IMG/VR virus record: IMGVR_UViG_3300027985_000286
Coordinates: 1-64,000 of that record
DNA: 64,000 nt
Source: a virus
Direction: 5' to 3' (one strand)
Part shown: positions 26,975 to 36,970 of the stretch, one piece after another
Layout: each line of letters opens with the position of its first letter
Numbering within the stretch: the first letter of the stretch is position 1
Position numbers and translations under genes: made by a program
The notes under the pieces: model-generated
Databases searched by the model: none
Seen by the model: the letters and a program-made list of their open reading frames with translations, nothing else
What the model was told of the DNA's origin: nothing

Positions 26975-27181
26975 TTAGTAATTATAAAGCCTGGAAACTT
27001 CTTTTTCAACACTTGTTGACGTGAACATCTTGTTCATGTCGTTCCATTCAACAAGATCACCTTGAGTGGTACGCGCAACCTTATCGTTCAACCATCGGTC
27101 GATAGTAAAGATCTGAGGGTTCTTACCGGGCCGAGCTACGAGACAAGTAGAACCAGAATCAGGCCGTCCACTATTGGTCAT
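26975..27181 (-). CDS. hypothetical protein
   Basis: GGAG SD, overlaps upstream stop. Confidence 0.5.
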   Translation of the reverse strand: MTNSGRPDSGSTCLVARPGKNPQIFTIDRWLNDKVARTTQGDLVEWNDMNKMFTSTSVEKEVSRLYNY

Positions 27182-27560
27182 CTTGTTTGCTCCAAGCTAG
27201 AATTGAGATAACGTCAGCATTTAACCGAACAGCACTAATGGTTTCAGGTGCAGACTTTGAAAGAACAAACGCTGCAGCCCTGTGATTACCGTCAACGATA
27301 TGGTCATCTGAAGACGTGACAATGGGTTTATCAAACTTATTGATTCGGTTAACCTTTTCTAAATCCAAATGATGCTGAACTGTCCTGAGCGACGTAACTT
27401 CACCCTTGGATAAGTCCACCAAGTCGTAGCCAAAGTAATTCTTAGCCTTATCGAGTAGATCATCATCAAACTGCGGCATGTCCGTACGTGACACCAAGGC
27501 AGTCACGTTGTTATTGGCACTTTGCTCGTTAAGAAAAGACCTAAAGCTTTTGAGCTGCAT
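27171..27560 (-). CDS. ParB/Srx-like domain protein with capsid-targeting-like N-terminus
   Basis: PIVTSSD.HIVDGNHR.AA; MQLKSFRSFLNE; GGAG SD before ATG 27560. Confidence 0.7.
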   Translation of the reverse strand: MQLKSFRSFLNEQSANNNVTALVSRTDMPQFDDDLLDKAKNYFGYDLVDLSKGEVTSLRTVQHHLDLEKVNRINKFDKPIVTSSDDHIVDGNHRAAAFVLSKSAPETISAVRLNADVISILAWSKQDDQ

Positions 27561-27588
27561 GAATTCTCCGGCAAAGGTTGAGTGAGAA

Positions 27589-27828
27589 TTACGAAACGAA
27601 GGTAAGTCCATTTTCGTAGAAATACCCAAGGCGGGATCGATGGGTAACCGGGCAATCCACCTTCACAGTGGCAATGTTTGGGATGCCTTCTGCGCCCAAA
27701 AGCTTGCGCACTGTGGCATCACTGATGTTCTTAAGAGCCTTTAACCGAATGATTTCAGGGAAGGTTGCAGGAGTTTTGCGCTTCTTGAGGTAACTGATAA
27801 TGATCTGAGTAACAGTCTTCTTAGCCAT
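27589..27828 (-). CDS. small winged-helix-like DNA-binding protein
   Basis: AAGGA SD before MAKKTV; TF.EI...ISDATVRKLL. Confidence 0.5.
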   Translation of the reverse strand: MAKKTVTQIIISYLKKRKTPATFPEIIRLKALKNISDATVRKLLGAEGIPNIATVKVDCPVTHRSRLGYFYENGLTFVS

Positions 27829-27908
27829 TGCGGTGTCCTTATAGAAGGGAAAATAGAAAACAGTTGTATATCCTACATTTAGCATAGTACAGGAAAACTA
27901 ACTCCTGG

Positions 27909-28541
27909 TCAAGAACATTTGCTCGATCCACAGGAAGAACACATGAAGCACCCTCCTGAATAGATGATCTTTCCACCACACTCCTCGCACTCTTGATCAT
28001 CTGCTACTTCACCATCCATAATGTAATTGCTAAGGAACTTCTTCAACTGGAACAGAAAAGAGTTGACGTAAATGTCTTCCATCCTATTCAATTCAGCTAC
28101 GATGTTCTTGATTAGAACTCCGTGCCTAAGCAGCAAAGAGATCACTCGTGTGAGTTTAGTTGTATTCGACTCGTGGTGTATCTTTTTCTCTACGTCTCTC
28201 ACGTAATCTTCTGGAATCTTCTTACGTCTTGCTAGCCCCAACATACGCTCAACAGCGTCGCTCGTAGATGCTGATTTCTCTGGGCTGTTGGTATGACAAA
28301 ACAGCGCAAAAGGCTGCTCTGTAGACTTGTGGTACACAACAGTCAGGTACCACTTTCTACCTTCAGACCTCAGCACCTTCATCCGAGCAGGAGAGTCATC
28401 TGGCAGCTTTACGCTATCTAAGATCACTTCCTCTGGTGCTTGTTCTTTAGGTGCAAGCTTATTCAAGCTCACGCTCACAATCTTTTGAAAAATAGGCAGC
28501 GCCTCTGGTTCTTCTTTGTAGGCGAGATTAGAATTTGCCAT
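27909..28541 (-). CDS. nrdJb: class II ribonucleotide reductase small subunit (TSCPD domain plus Zn ribbon)
   Basis: KWYLTV, PFALF, RVISLLLRHGV, C-terminal CEECG...GGCFMCSSCGSSKC. Confidence 0.8.
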   Translation of the reverse strand: MANSNLAYKEEPEALPIFQKIVSVSLNKLAPKEQAPEEVILDSVKLPDDSPARMKVLRSEGRKWYLTVVYHKSTEQPFALFCHTNSPEKSASTSDAVERMLGLARRKKIPEDYVRDVEKKIHHESNTTKLTRVISLLLRHGVLIKNIVAELNRMEDIYVNSFLFQLKKFLSNYIMDGEVADDQECEECGGKIIYSGGCFMCSSCGSSKCS

Positions 28542-30540
28542 AGTACCCTTCCTTAATTGCGTCAAAAAGGTTTGCGGCTGTATGTGTCTGCCCATCGTAC
28601 TCAATCAAGGTGTTACCTGTTACCACAACATCAGACCCGTCTTCTAGAGTAAAGACGTACTCTGTATTACCAAGATCCTCTTCTTTCACCAACACACCTT
28701 GAAACGCATCGGGATTGAAACGGAAGGTGGTACACCCCTTAAGTCCTTTCTCGTACGCATAAAGGTAGATATCACTGAAATCCTTATAGGGTAATGATGT
28801 TGGAACGTTAACTGTTTTGGAGATAGAAGAGTCGCACCACTTTTGCGCAGCAGCCTGTACGTCGATGTGATTTCGGGGTGTTACGTTATCTGTGGTGCTG
28901 AACCATTCAGGTACAACATCCGACCCCGTGATGTGTTTATACGCAAGCATCTCGTAACTAAAGACGAGCATTGCGTCTTTAGTCTTCTTGCCTTCCTTGA
29001 TCACGTTGCGAGTATACTGGTGAGCAAAGCTTGGTTCAATGCCACCAGATGCGTTATTGTTGATAGACAGAGAAATTGTACCAGTGGGTGCCACGCTGGT
29101 ATGGTGCGAGAATCTGCATCCGTGTTCTAACGCAATGCTGTAACCCTCAGGCCACTCTTCCCAGATCTTGCTCATGTACTTACCGTTAACCCACATCCTT
29201 CGATTGTTTTGATCTTCAAAAAGCGGGGCTGGGCCTTTCTCAATCGCCAGCTCAGTACCTGTCTTGAATCCCTGCACTGCCATCTCACGCATGACGTTCT
29301 CGGTAAACTCAATTGACTCTTCGCTACCGTATGTCATGTTCATCATAGTCATCGCAGAACCTAACCCAAGAACTCCCATACCGTGTCGTCTAGTAAGGCT
29401 GATCTCTTCTCTCTGCTCTTTCAAAGGGAGTCCGTTCATATCAACCACATTATCTAACATACGGGTAAACGTAGCCACTACACTACGGAACTTCTCCCAG
29501 TCAAACAGAGGTGAGTCACTAAAGGGGTTGATAACAAACCTGGTGACGTTAACAGAACCCAGAAGACACGAGCCATGAGGGGGAAGAGGCTGCTCACCGC
29601 ACGGGTTGGTTGCACGGATCCGCTCTCTCCAATAGTTGTTATTCAACTCGTTGATTCTATCAATAAGAAGGAATCCAGGCTCAGCGTAATCGTATGTGGA
29701 CTGCATAATGATGTCCCAGAGATACCTAGCCTTTACTCTTTTGTAGACTCGACACGTGATATGGTTATCGCTGTAGACATAATCCATGCTATCGCAATAC
29801 TCGGCATCCCAGAACATCTTCTTAAGCGTCACCTCAATCTCACCAGATTCAACCTTATCTAGCTCACTCTTCTTGATAGGGAAAACGAGTTCCCAATCGT
29901 CATCATTGATTACACGATCAACGAAATCATCGTCGATTAAGAGCGACATATTGAATTGGCGCAATCTGCCATCTTCTCTCTTGGCCCGAATAAAGTCTTC
30001 CACATCTGGGTGCCACACTGCGAAGGTTGCCATCTGTGCTCCTCTGCGACCACCAGCCGAGGAGACAGTGAAACACATCTTATCAAAGATATCCATAAAT
30101 GGCAAGGGTCCAGACGTATACGCGCCTGCACCGCTAACGTGGGCTCCCTTTGGACGTAGAGTTGAAAACTCGTACCCGATACCACACCCAGCCTTCAAAG
30201 TTAGAGCAGACTCTTTGCATGAATCCATGATACTGTCCATGGAGTCTTTTACGATATTGGATACAGTGCAGTTAATCAGAGACGTCTTAGGCTTGAACTC
30301 TTCTGCACCTGCGTTAGATACAATTCTACCACCAGGTGTTGCACCATCTACCATACACTGAAAGAAGCGTTCCTCCCATTCGCCACGAACAGGTTCCTTC
30401 TCTACCCTAGCCAGTGCCCTGGCAATCCTTCGATACGTACCAAATAGATTGCGGTCAACTGCATTGCCCTTCAGATCTTTGAGCTGATACTTCTTCTGCC
30501 AAATTTCAACGGATGTCTCTTGTAGCGGGATGGAAATCAT
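28528..30540 (-). CDS. nrdJa: adenosylcobalamin-dependent class II ribonucleotide reductase large subunit
   Basis: PGGRI.SNAG, LINC, GGRRGAQM, TNPCGEQPLPP, APTGTIS, SISKTVN, LKGCTTFR, YYGKF end. Confidence 0.92.
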   Translation of the reverse strand: MISIPLQETSVEIWQKKYQLKDLKGNAVDRNLFGTYRRIARALARVEKEPVRGEWEERFFQCMVDGATPGGRIVSNAGAEEFKPKTSLINCTVSNIVKDSMDSIMDSCKESALTLKAGCGIGYEFSTLRPKGAHVSGAGAYTSGPLPFMDIFDKMCFTVSSAGGRRGAQMATFAVWHPDVEDFIRAKREDGRLRQFNMSLLIDDDFVDRVINDDDWELVFPIKKSELDKVESGEIEVTLKKMFWDAEYCDSMDYVYSDNHITCRVYKRVKARYLWDIIMQSTYDYAEPGFLLIDRINELNNNYWRERIRATNPCGEQPLPPHGSCLLGSVNVTRFVINPFSDSPLFDWEKFRSVVATFTRMLDNVVDMNGLPLKEQREEISLTRRHGMGVLGLGSAMTMMNMTYGSEESIEFTENVMREMAVQGFKTGTELAIEKGPAPLFEDQNNRRMWVNGKYMSKIWEEWPEGYSIALEHGCRFSHHTSVAPTGTISLSINNNASGGIEPSFAHQYTRNVIKEGKKTKDAMLVFSYEMLAYKHITGSDVVPEWFSTTDNVTPRNHIDVQAAAQKWCDSSISKTVNVPTSLPYKDFSDIYLYAYEKGLKGCTTFRFNPDAFQGVLVKEEDLGNTEYVFTLEDGSDVVVTGNTLIEYDGQTHTAANLFDAIKEGYYGKF

Positions 30541-30585
30541 TGCTTCTCTCTTGTTATGAGCTTATTGACACGGATACTACTTATT

Positions 30586-32040
30586 CTAGATATTCCAGTC
30601 CGAAACGTCCACATTTTTGGCAGAGTTTGGTTTCTGCTGTGTACTCAAAGGGTTATTATCGCTCTTACTTTCCTGTGATTTTTTGTTTTTTCTAACCTTT
30701 TCTTCATAGAGTAGTTCTTGCTGATCTGCAGGTAACTGATGGAAACGCATCAAGTCCGTATCCATACCTAGCAAGAAGCGCCTCACTCTAGACTTCTTAT
30801 TGTAGCGATTCTTCAACTGCTTGAACAACGCCTTGTTCTCTTCTTCCATCTCTTCAGGTTGAGATATTGAGAGAATGAAGTCAGCGTCCTTGGTAATATC
30901 AATAGATCCCCCAGAGTGTGTCATTTGCACCTCAAGTTGCTGCATACCTTCTCTATTCAGCTGGTGTGCAGACCAAAGGCCGAAGTTACCTTCGGTCGCA
31001 AGAGCCTTGAGCTCTTTTGTTACTGTGCCTAAGTAAAGATTAGAATTCTGCATGGCACTTAGAGGTAGAGAAGACGATGCAACAATACCAAGGTAGTCAA
31101 CAAGAACAACATCAGGTGTAAACCCTTTCTTGAACAAGAGCTCACGTAGAAGATTCTTATATGTGATGCTGTTTGACCTTAGAGGAGGGTAATCACGAAT
31201 TACCAGCTCACCTGTAACCTTTTCACGTATGCTCTTCAGACGCTTGACATAGTTGTCTTCCTTGATTTTGTAGAAGTTATCTGTTGTGATACCTAGGATG
31301 TTCGCGTCAATTCTCTCGCGAATCATTTCCCTTGACATCTCACAAGATAGGAAAAGTACCTTGTACCCCTGTGACAAGTACATTCCCGCCAAGTAGCACA
31401 GAAACGCAGTTTTACCTACGTTAACACCAGCAAACACCAGGTTAACAGTCTTTCTTGGGATGCCACCTCTTGTGATGTAGTTCAGTACCTCAATATCAAA
31501 AGGCATCTTGTTGGTATTATCTTCAGAGTGCTGATAGTATTGAAACTGCTTTTCGATGTCTTCGAAGTAGTCCATACCAATATCAGTATCGAAATCTACT
31601 GCAAGTGCGTCTCTGAAAAGGTCAGGGATAGCCGTTCTTTGAAGGCTCTTTTCCTTATCTGCGGACTTTTCGTAAATGCTGATGGACTCCATCAGAGCGT
31701 TATGAAGAGCTCTGTCCTTAATCCACTCCTTTGTTCTGTCAATAAGCCACGCAGAGTGCGTCTCTCCACTAGGACCAGTTTCTGGAGCCTCTCGTATTTC
31801 CTGAAGCGTGTCAACGCAATCTCGGTGGAGTTTCTCGTTTAGGTCAGAGTCTTCTACCATGATACTCAGCGCATCAATCGAAGGAACGCCGTTGTACTCT
31901 TTGTAAAATGACTCAATCAAACCAAATACCTTCCCGTAAGGAGGGTGTTGGAAGTACTCTTTCTTGATGTAAGGGATTGCTCTGATTGTGTAATCTTTGT
32001 TATGGATTAAACCTTTAAGAACTTCTGTGTCAAACGCCAT
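30586..32040 (-). CDS. 41: replicative DNA helicase gp41
   Basis: AGVNVGKT Walker A, SCEM, RIDAN, LVDYLGI, QLNR, KQLKNRY. Confidence 0.93.
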   Translation of the reverse strand: MAFDTEVLKGLIHNKDYTIRAIPYIKKEYFQHPPYGKVFGLIESFYKEYNGVPSIDALSIMVEDSDLNEKLHRDCVDTLQEIREAPETGPSGETHSAWLIDRTKEWIKDRALHNALMESISIYEKSADKEKSLQRTAIPDLFRDALAVDFDTDIGMDYFEDIEKQFQYYQHSEDNTNKMPFDIEVLNYITRGGIPRKTVNLVFAGVNVGKTAFLCYLAGMYLSQGYKVLFLSCEMSREMIRERIDANILGITTDNFYKIKEDNYVKRLKSIREKVTGELVIRDYPPLRSNSITYKNLLRELLFKKGFTPDVVLVDYLGIVASSSLPLSAMQNSNLYLGTVTKELKALATEGNFGLWSAHQLNREGMQQLEVQMTHSGGSIDITKDADFILSISQPEEMEEENKALFKQLKNRYNKKSRVRRFLLGMDTDLMRFHQLPADQQELLYEEKVRKNKKSQESKSDNNPLSTQQKPNSAKNVDVSDWNI

Positions 32041-32396
32041 TACACTTCCTTGATAGCTGCGGTCGGGTTTTTCCCATCAAAGATAAGCATATCAAGAACT
32101 CGTCTTACAAATCGCCTGGTCTCTAGATCTTGGATGATAGACGGGGATTCTTTACCAGGATCAACAACCTCACCATTCAACTCAAAAACTACATGGTACA
32201 CTGCAGGATTCTTGGAGTTCTCTACATCTAGAGATAGACCAGTCATGTATACAGTATAACCCTTAAGCTCCCCCGTCAAGACATCAAACGCAACACACCC
32301 CCTTTCCATGTCATAGAAATCACGTATCTTTACACCATTGACTTTGATAGCTCTTTTGGTGATTTTACGGTATAGCTTGGCTAGGAAAGAAAACAT
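32040..32396 (-). CDS. hypothetical protein at the T4 gene 40 position
   Basis: lies between uvsX and 41; synteny only. Confidence 0.45.
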   Translation of the reverse strand: MFSFLAKLYRKITKRAIKVNGVKIRDFYDMERGCVAFDVLTGELKGYTVYMTGLSLDVENSKNPAVYHVVFELNGEVVDPGKESPSIIQDLETRRFVRRVLDMLIFDGKNPTAAIKEV

Positions 32397-33496
32397 TACC
32401 CAAGCTCCACACCAGTGGTAGAAGCAACGATTTCACCTGTCTCTTCATCATACACGACATTACCAATTTTACCTGACCCATCGTTTGACAGAGAGTAAGC
32501 GTTTTTGATGTCTCTCTGGAAATCCTTATTGTTCAAGACAGGTCCCCAGAACTCTTCTGTGGACGTATCTCTTCTGCGCCAACCTTTGTCGTTTTCGACG
32601 CAGGTTCGGCTGTACCACCCCTTCTTACTGGCATCGATGTAACCGAGCGCAGCGCCAATATCTAGGAGGCCAGAGTACGGGTCGATACCACCTTCGAATG
32701 TAACAGTAAGAGGAATAGAGCTACGTTCCTTTACAGCTCTGCTCTTATCAATATCAATAATGAACTCGTAGCCAATAACATCCGTTCCTTCTTTAATCTG
32801 CCGTCTACGGATAATAAAGATGCTGTTAGAGGCATAGTAGCCGCCAGTACCGCCACCCACAATTTGTCTAGGGTGCGTCGCGATTTCAGAGTAAGTATGG
32901 TTAACGCAGATGAACGGAATATCTTTGGTCGCGAAGTGTGGAGTTGACATGCGGAACAGACTTTTGAGCGCCTTGGCTCTTGTCATATCTGCAACAGACT
33001 TCTCAGTTAGCGCGTCCTCTACTTCTTTCTTGGATGCCAAGTTACCAATCGAGTCAACGAACATAATAACATGGTCTTCACGCTTCAGTTCTTCCAGCAT
33101 AGACATCAGATTGAACTTAAGCTCTTCAATATTGGTAACAGGCACATGAATCACTCGATTTTTGTCAATACCGAAGAAGTCAAAGTACGAGAAACTTGCA
33201 CCAAACTCTGAATCAAAGAACACGCAAACAGCATCATCGTACTTCTCCATGAAAGGAGCGATCATGGCCAAGCTGATATTTGACTTGAAGTGCTTGGATG
33301 GCCCAGCAGGCATGATAACACCACAGCTCAACCCACCTCCAAGTTCACCGCTCAAGGCGATGTTAAGAGCGTAGATGGGAGTCGGTACTTCCTTTCTGTC
33401 TGTGAAAAACTTCGAGTTTGCAAAGATCTCTGCCCCTTCCGTCTTAACAGCTTTCATCATACGTAGGGCGAGTGAAGAGTGGTTAGAGATTGCCAT
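32396..33496 (-). CDS. uvsX: RecA-like recombinase
   Basis: AGPSKHFKS, FFDSEFG, VDSIGNLASKKE, DMTRAK.LKSLFR. Confidence 0.95.
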   Translation of the reverse strand: MAISNHSSLALRMMKAVKTEGAEIFANSKFFTDRKEVPTPIYALNIALSGELGGGLSCGVIMPAGPSKHFKSNISLAMIAPFMEKYDDAVCVFFDSEFGASFSYFDFFGIDKNRVIHVPVTNIEELKFNLMSMLEELKREDHVIMFVDSIGNLASKKEVEDALTEKSVADMTRAKALKSLFRMSTPHFATKDIPFICVNHTYSEIATHPRQIVGGGTGGYYASNSIFIIRRRQIKEGTDVIGYEFIIDIDKSRAVKERSSIPLTVTFEGGIDPYSGLLDIGAALGYIDASKKGWYSRTCVENDKGWRRRDTSTEEFWGPVLNNKDFQRDIKNAYSLSNDGSGKIGNVVYDEETGEIVASTTGVELG

Positions 33497-33531
33497 GTAA
33501 TGTCCTTTAGCGTTGACTATGAGAATATGCC

Positions 33532-33578
33532 CTACACTGCGCTAGACGCGTTCTCCCACGACTTCTAGCGTAGTGCAG
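33532..33578. repeat. imperfect 15-bp inverted repeat between genes 43 and uvsX
   Basis: CTACACTGCGCTAGA...TCTAGCGTAGTGCAG. Confidence 0.7.
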
Positions 33579-33592
33579 TGTAACTGTACTGA

Positions 33593-36226
33593 TTAGAAAA
33601 AAGACTGGGGAGGACCGTCTCTATCTTCTTCAAGCTTGGGCTTGAACTCTAAGTCCCAACCTATCAGCCCTGCAAAAGACTCGGCAGGCGAGACAAACGA
33701 CTTCTGGAAGATAGTTTCTCTGTCAACATATTGGTGAAGTTTAAACTCAGGAGGCAGTTCCTCTCTGAACGCAATCACATCTACATGATGGTGATTGGGC
33801 TTGAGCATAATATAGCGGATTTTCTCTTTATCTGCAATAGGAGGGATACTCTTAATCTCAAGCTTTCTTAGTATTGCATTATGGTAGATAGACCCCCGAA
33901 TGTGGGCTTGTACGCCCTTCACAGTAGGCATGCCTTTTGAGTCTGAGTACTTCTTGATACCATTTACACCTCTAGGCACTGCAATGGTTTCTACTGGCAT
34001 TGCTTGGTATTCTACCTTAACACCTCTGAAAAGTTCAAAGAGCGCTTCCTGGTCTTTCAGTAGACACGTCATGTACACCTTTTTTAGATACTCTCGCGCC
34101 CACTTTGGCGTAGACGACTTTACCGACTCAAGCCCCTGTACCTTCAAGTCAGGCTCGTAGTACCTAACGCCTTCGTTATCCCAGACTGCCATGGCGTAGT
34201 GTTTCTTTGAACTCCAGATCGCTACCTCTGCAATAGCCTCTCTCTTCATAAAGAGTTTCTGATCGTAACCGTTCAGGTACTCTCTTAAATTCTCGCAGGA
34301 CTGGTTGATAACAGGCTGGATCCTGGTTTCACAGAACTTATCCAGCATGGTAACGATGTCGTTGGTCGACGCTTTGGGGTTGAACTTGGTATACCTGTTG
34401 ACGATGTCACTAAGGTCAACGTACGATGAGTCTGTATCTGAGTATATCCACCTGGACTTTGTATCACCTAACACAGACATCAAGAACTCATCGATATCAC
34501 GAGATGCCCACCTTACTGCAGTCTGCCCACCTGTTGTGATTGCCTCTGCAACATCAATCTTGAAGTATTGGAAGAACTTGTTGGAGATTGCGCCATAACC
34601 AGAGTTCATAGCAATCTTGAGTGCCATCTGCATGGCATCCTTAGCTGCAACTGCGTTTTCGTAGAACTTCTTGTCCTCCTCGGTTGTTGCATCGACCTTC
34701 TTTTGTTTGAGCGCCAGCATCTCTTTCTTCACAACCTTTCTTTGGTTGTAGTAGAACTGCATCATCTCGCTAAGGAACGACCTGAAGTCTCTTCGGTACA
34801 AAGAACCATTAGGTGTAACACACAGGTTCAATGTCTTTGCGTAGTGCAGCAGAGTTTCTGATACCTCTTTGTTGACGCATGTATCAATGCTTACAGCGTC
34901 AATGTCACAGTCAAACTCAGAAGACTTTGCGTACCTAATTGCATCTTGGTCGTTTGACTTCATCAACGCTTGTCTAAAGTCAGACCTAGACACCCAGGTT
35001 TCCGGACCAAGATTCTGGTGCATGATAAGGTGTGGATACAGAGACGCAAAATCGAAAGATACAACCCAACGATACTTCCCTGCCTTAGGCTCCATGACAA
35101 ACCCGCCAGGAAACTCTCGGTATAGCTCTTTATTGGGGAAGACCGGTGGTATCTGTTTCTTGTCAAGGTACAGGTACGAATAGATCGCGTTGGTCCACAA
35201 TCTGGTAGTACCTAGCGTATCTGCGTAGTTTGACATCGTCAAGTAAGACAAAGCATACGTGATGTCTAGATACTTGAGTTTTCTATCTAGCTCAACAACA
35301 AGCTCAACGTCAACGATGTTGTAAACCTGGTAAAGCTGAGGATTCTCTCGTGCTAGATCCTGAAGGTTGTGGTTGCTGTAAGCCACCTTGTTACCTACAC
35401 CTTCTGCCTGAGCAATAAAGCCCAAGCGATACGATTCTCTTGTCAGGTACCTGTGCTTCTTGTAAAGACTGATATAGTCAAGGTCGGTCATACCTACGAT
35501 GTCAATCTTCTTGACCTCGTTTCCAAAATTAACTGTAGTCTCGACAACAAAAACACTCTCGAACGGACTGAGTTTTTTCGCCCATGTTTCACCCAAGACC
35601 TTACAAATGCGGAAGTACAGATACGGAATATCAAAAATCTCTGTATTCCATCCGGTGAAGTTATCGGCATTCATGGATGCCCAGAACTGAACAAATGCAA
35701 CCAATAAGTCGTGCTCACTATCAAACTTCTTATGCACCACGTTCAAGTGGGATATCATCGGGTCACTAGAATCAAAATCATACAGGCTCAGGCAAACGTA
35801 CGTATCTGTGATATTATCGTGTACGGTCAGGAGGTCAACAGGGTACTTTGCTTCTTCTGGATTTGGAAACTCGTCTGCATTAACCTCAATGTCCAAGGTT
35901 AGGGTTCTAATCTTACTCTTATCGTACTCAATCTTTCCGTACCTGTTGCATACCTCTTCCAGAGCAAAATCAGATGTACCGCAAAAGCTAACCCCTTCAA
36001 CACCTTTGTACGACTTCAGGAACTGCGATGCGTCTTTAGCTGAGCTAAAGCTCTTAGGTTTCAGAGATGTTCCGTAATAATCGGTATAACCAGACTCAAA
36101 GCTCGGGTCCCTTTCCCAGATAGTCGGCTCTAGCTCTACTATCACATTCTTTGTGTCTACATCATCCTGTTTTTCTCTTACCAGTACAGTGTTTCCCCAT
36201 CTACGATAGAAAGTGTAAAATGACAA
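33593..36226 (-). CDS. 43: family B DNA polymerase gp43
   Basis: LDIEV, GWN...FDIPYL, YN..DV, SFDFASLYP, K...NS.YG, YSDTDS; TTG start after GAGGTG. Confidence 0.96.
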   Translation of the reverse strand: MSFYTFYRRWGNTVLVREKQDDVDTKNVIVELEPTIWERDPSFESGYTDYYGTSLKPKSFSSAKDASQFLKSYKGVEGVSFCGTSDFALEEVCNRYGKIEYDKSKIRTLTLDIEVNADEFPNPEEAKYPVDLLTVHDNITDTYVCLSLYDFDSSDPMISHLNVVHKKFDSEHDLLVAFVQFWASMNADNFTGWNTEIFDIPYLYFRICKVLGETWAKKLSPFESVFVVETTVNFGNEVKKIDIVGMTDLDYISLYKKHRYLTRESYRLGFIAQAEGVGNKVAYSNHNLQDLARENPQLYQVYNIVDVELVVELDRKLKYLDITYALSYLTMSNYADTLGTTRLWTNAIYSYLYLDKKQIPPVFPNKELYREFPGGFVMEPKAGKYRWVVSFDFASLYPHLIMHQNLGPETWVSRSDFRQALMKSNDQDAIRYAKSSEFDCDIDAVSIDTCVNKEVSETLLHYAKTLNLCVTPNGSLYRRDFRSFLSEMMQFYYNQRKVVKKEMLALKQKKVDATTEEDKKFYENAVAAKDAMQMALKIAMNSGYGAISNKFFQYFKIDVAEAITTGGQTAVRWASRDIDEFLMSVLGDTKSRWIYSDTDSSYVDLSDIVNRYTKFNPKASTNDIVTMLDKFCETRIQPVINQSCENLREYLNGYDQKLFMKREAIAEVAIWSSKKHYAMAVWDNEGVRYYEPDLKVQGLESVKSSTPKWAREYLKKVYMTCLLKDQEALFELFRGVKVEYQAMPVETIAVPRGVNGIKKYSDSKGMPTVKGVQAHIRGSIYHNAILRKLEIKSIPPIADKEKIRYIMLKPNHHHVDVIAFREELPPEFKLHQYVDRETIFQKSFVSPAESFAGLIGWDLEFKPKLEEDRDGPPQSFF

Positions 36227-36237
36227 GCTGCACCTCT

Positions 36238-36957
36238 TTATGATAGGCTTTCTATGACTTCTTTTAGTACCATGTGGACTGTTCTTTCCGCTACGTGGTA
36301 ATTATAGGTTTTGGATAGAACAGTAACTCTAGCACAATCTGTGCTGGAAGAAAACATATTGTCCAAGAGGTAAGCAAAGTCTCTCCTCTCTTCTGATAGG
36401 TTCAGCGCGTTATGCGGATTAGCAACCCAAACAAAACCGGCCTTTCCTCTTTTGATATCTTTCTCGTAGTGACCAATAAAGGCTTTGATCTGGTCAATAC
36501 TATCATCTACCAAGATTGGTGCATGTCCGTAAGGCGTGTTCTTTCTGATGAAGTCAACTTTGGTTTCGTACAGAGGAAGGCAATCAATTTCGTCTGGCGG
36601 CTTACACGAAACGGCACTAAATTGAGTTGAGCTGTCAAACGCAGACAGAACATCAACGATGTTATTTTCTCTTAACCTCTTGGTTTTAGTGCTTGACCCA
36701 CAAGAAGATAAGAGGTGCGTACCTTGAAGGTGTCTGGCTAGAACCCTGGAGTTCTCTAGAGTGTTAAGGTTTCCGAAAAATTCGCTTTCGTTGAACTTGC
36801 GGACAGACGCGTCGAATTCTTCTTCACTCAGACCAAATCTAGGTAGCTTGTTTGCGTGCCATCCTAAACACTTATGCTCCACTCCGTTCATATATTCGCG
36901 GATACCTTCTTTCCAGTCAAGGATGGTATCGTCTACATCAATGAATGTTTTGTGCAT
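36238..36957 (-). CDS. HAD-superfamily phosphatase / 5'-nucleotidase-like
   Basis: motif I DVDDT, motif II LSS, K, motif IV VDDS. Confidence 0.75.
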   Translation of the reverse strand: MHKTFIDVDDTILDWKEGIREYMNGVEHKCLGWHANKLPRFGLSEEEFDASVRKFNESEFFGNLNTLENSRVLARHLQGTHLLSSCGSSTKTKRLRENNIVDVLSAFDSSTQFSAVSCKPPDEIDCLPLYETKVDFIRKNTPYGHAPILVDDSIDQIKAFIGHYEKDIKRGKAGFVWVANPHNALNLSEERRDFAYLLDNMFSSSTDCARVTVLSKTYNYHVAERTVHMVLKEVIESLS

Positions 36958-36970
36958 CGTACTTTACCTA

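Noticed and set aside
28528-36226. Introns, inteins or homing endonucleases in nrdJ, 41, uvsX or 43
   Set aside because: The ORFs are continuous and of expected length; the nrdJa/b split is a known architecture.
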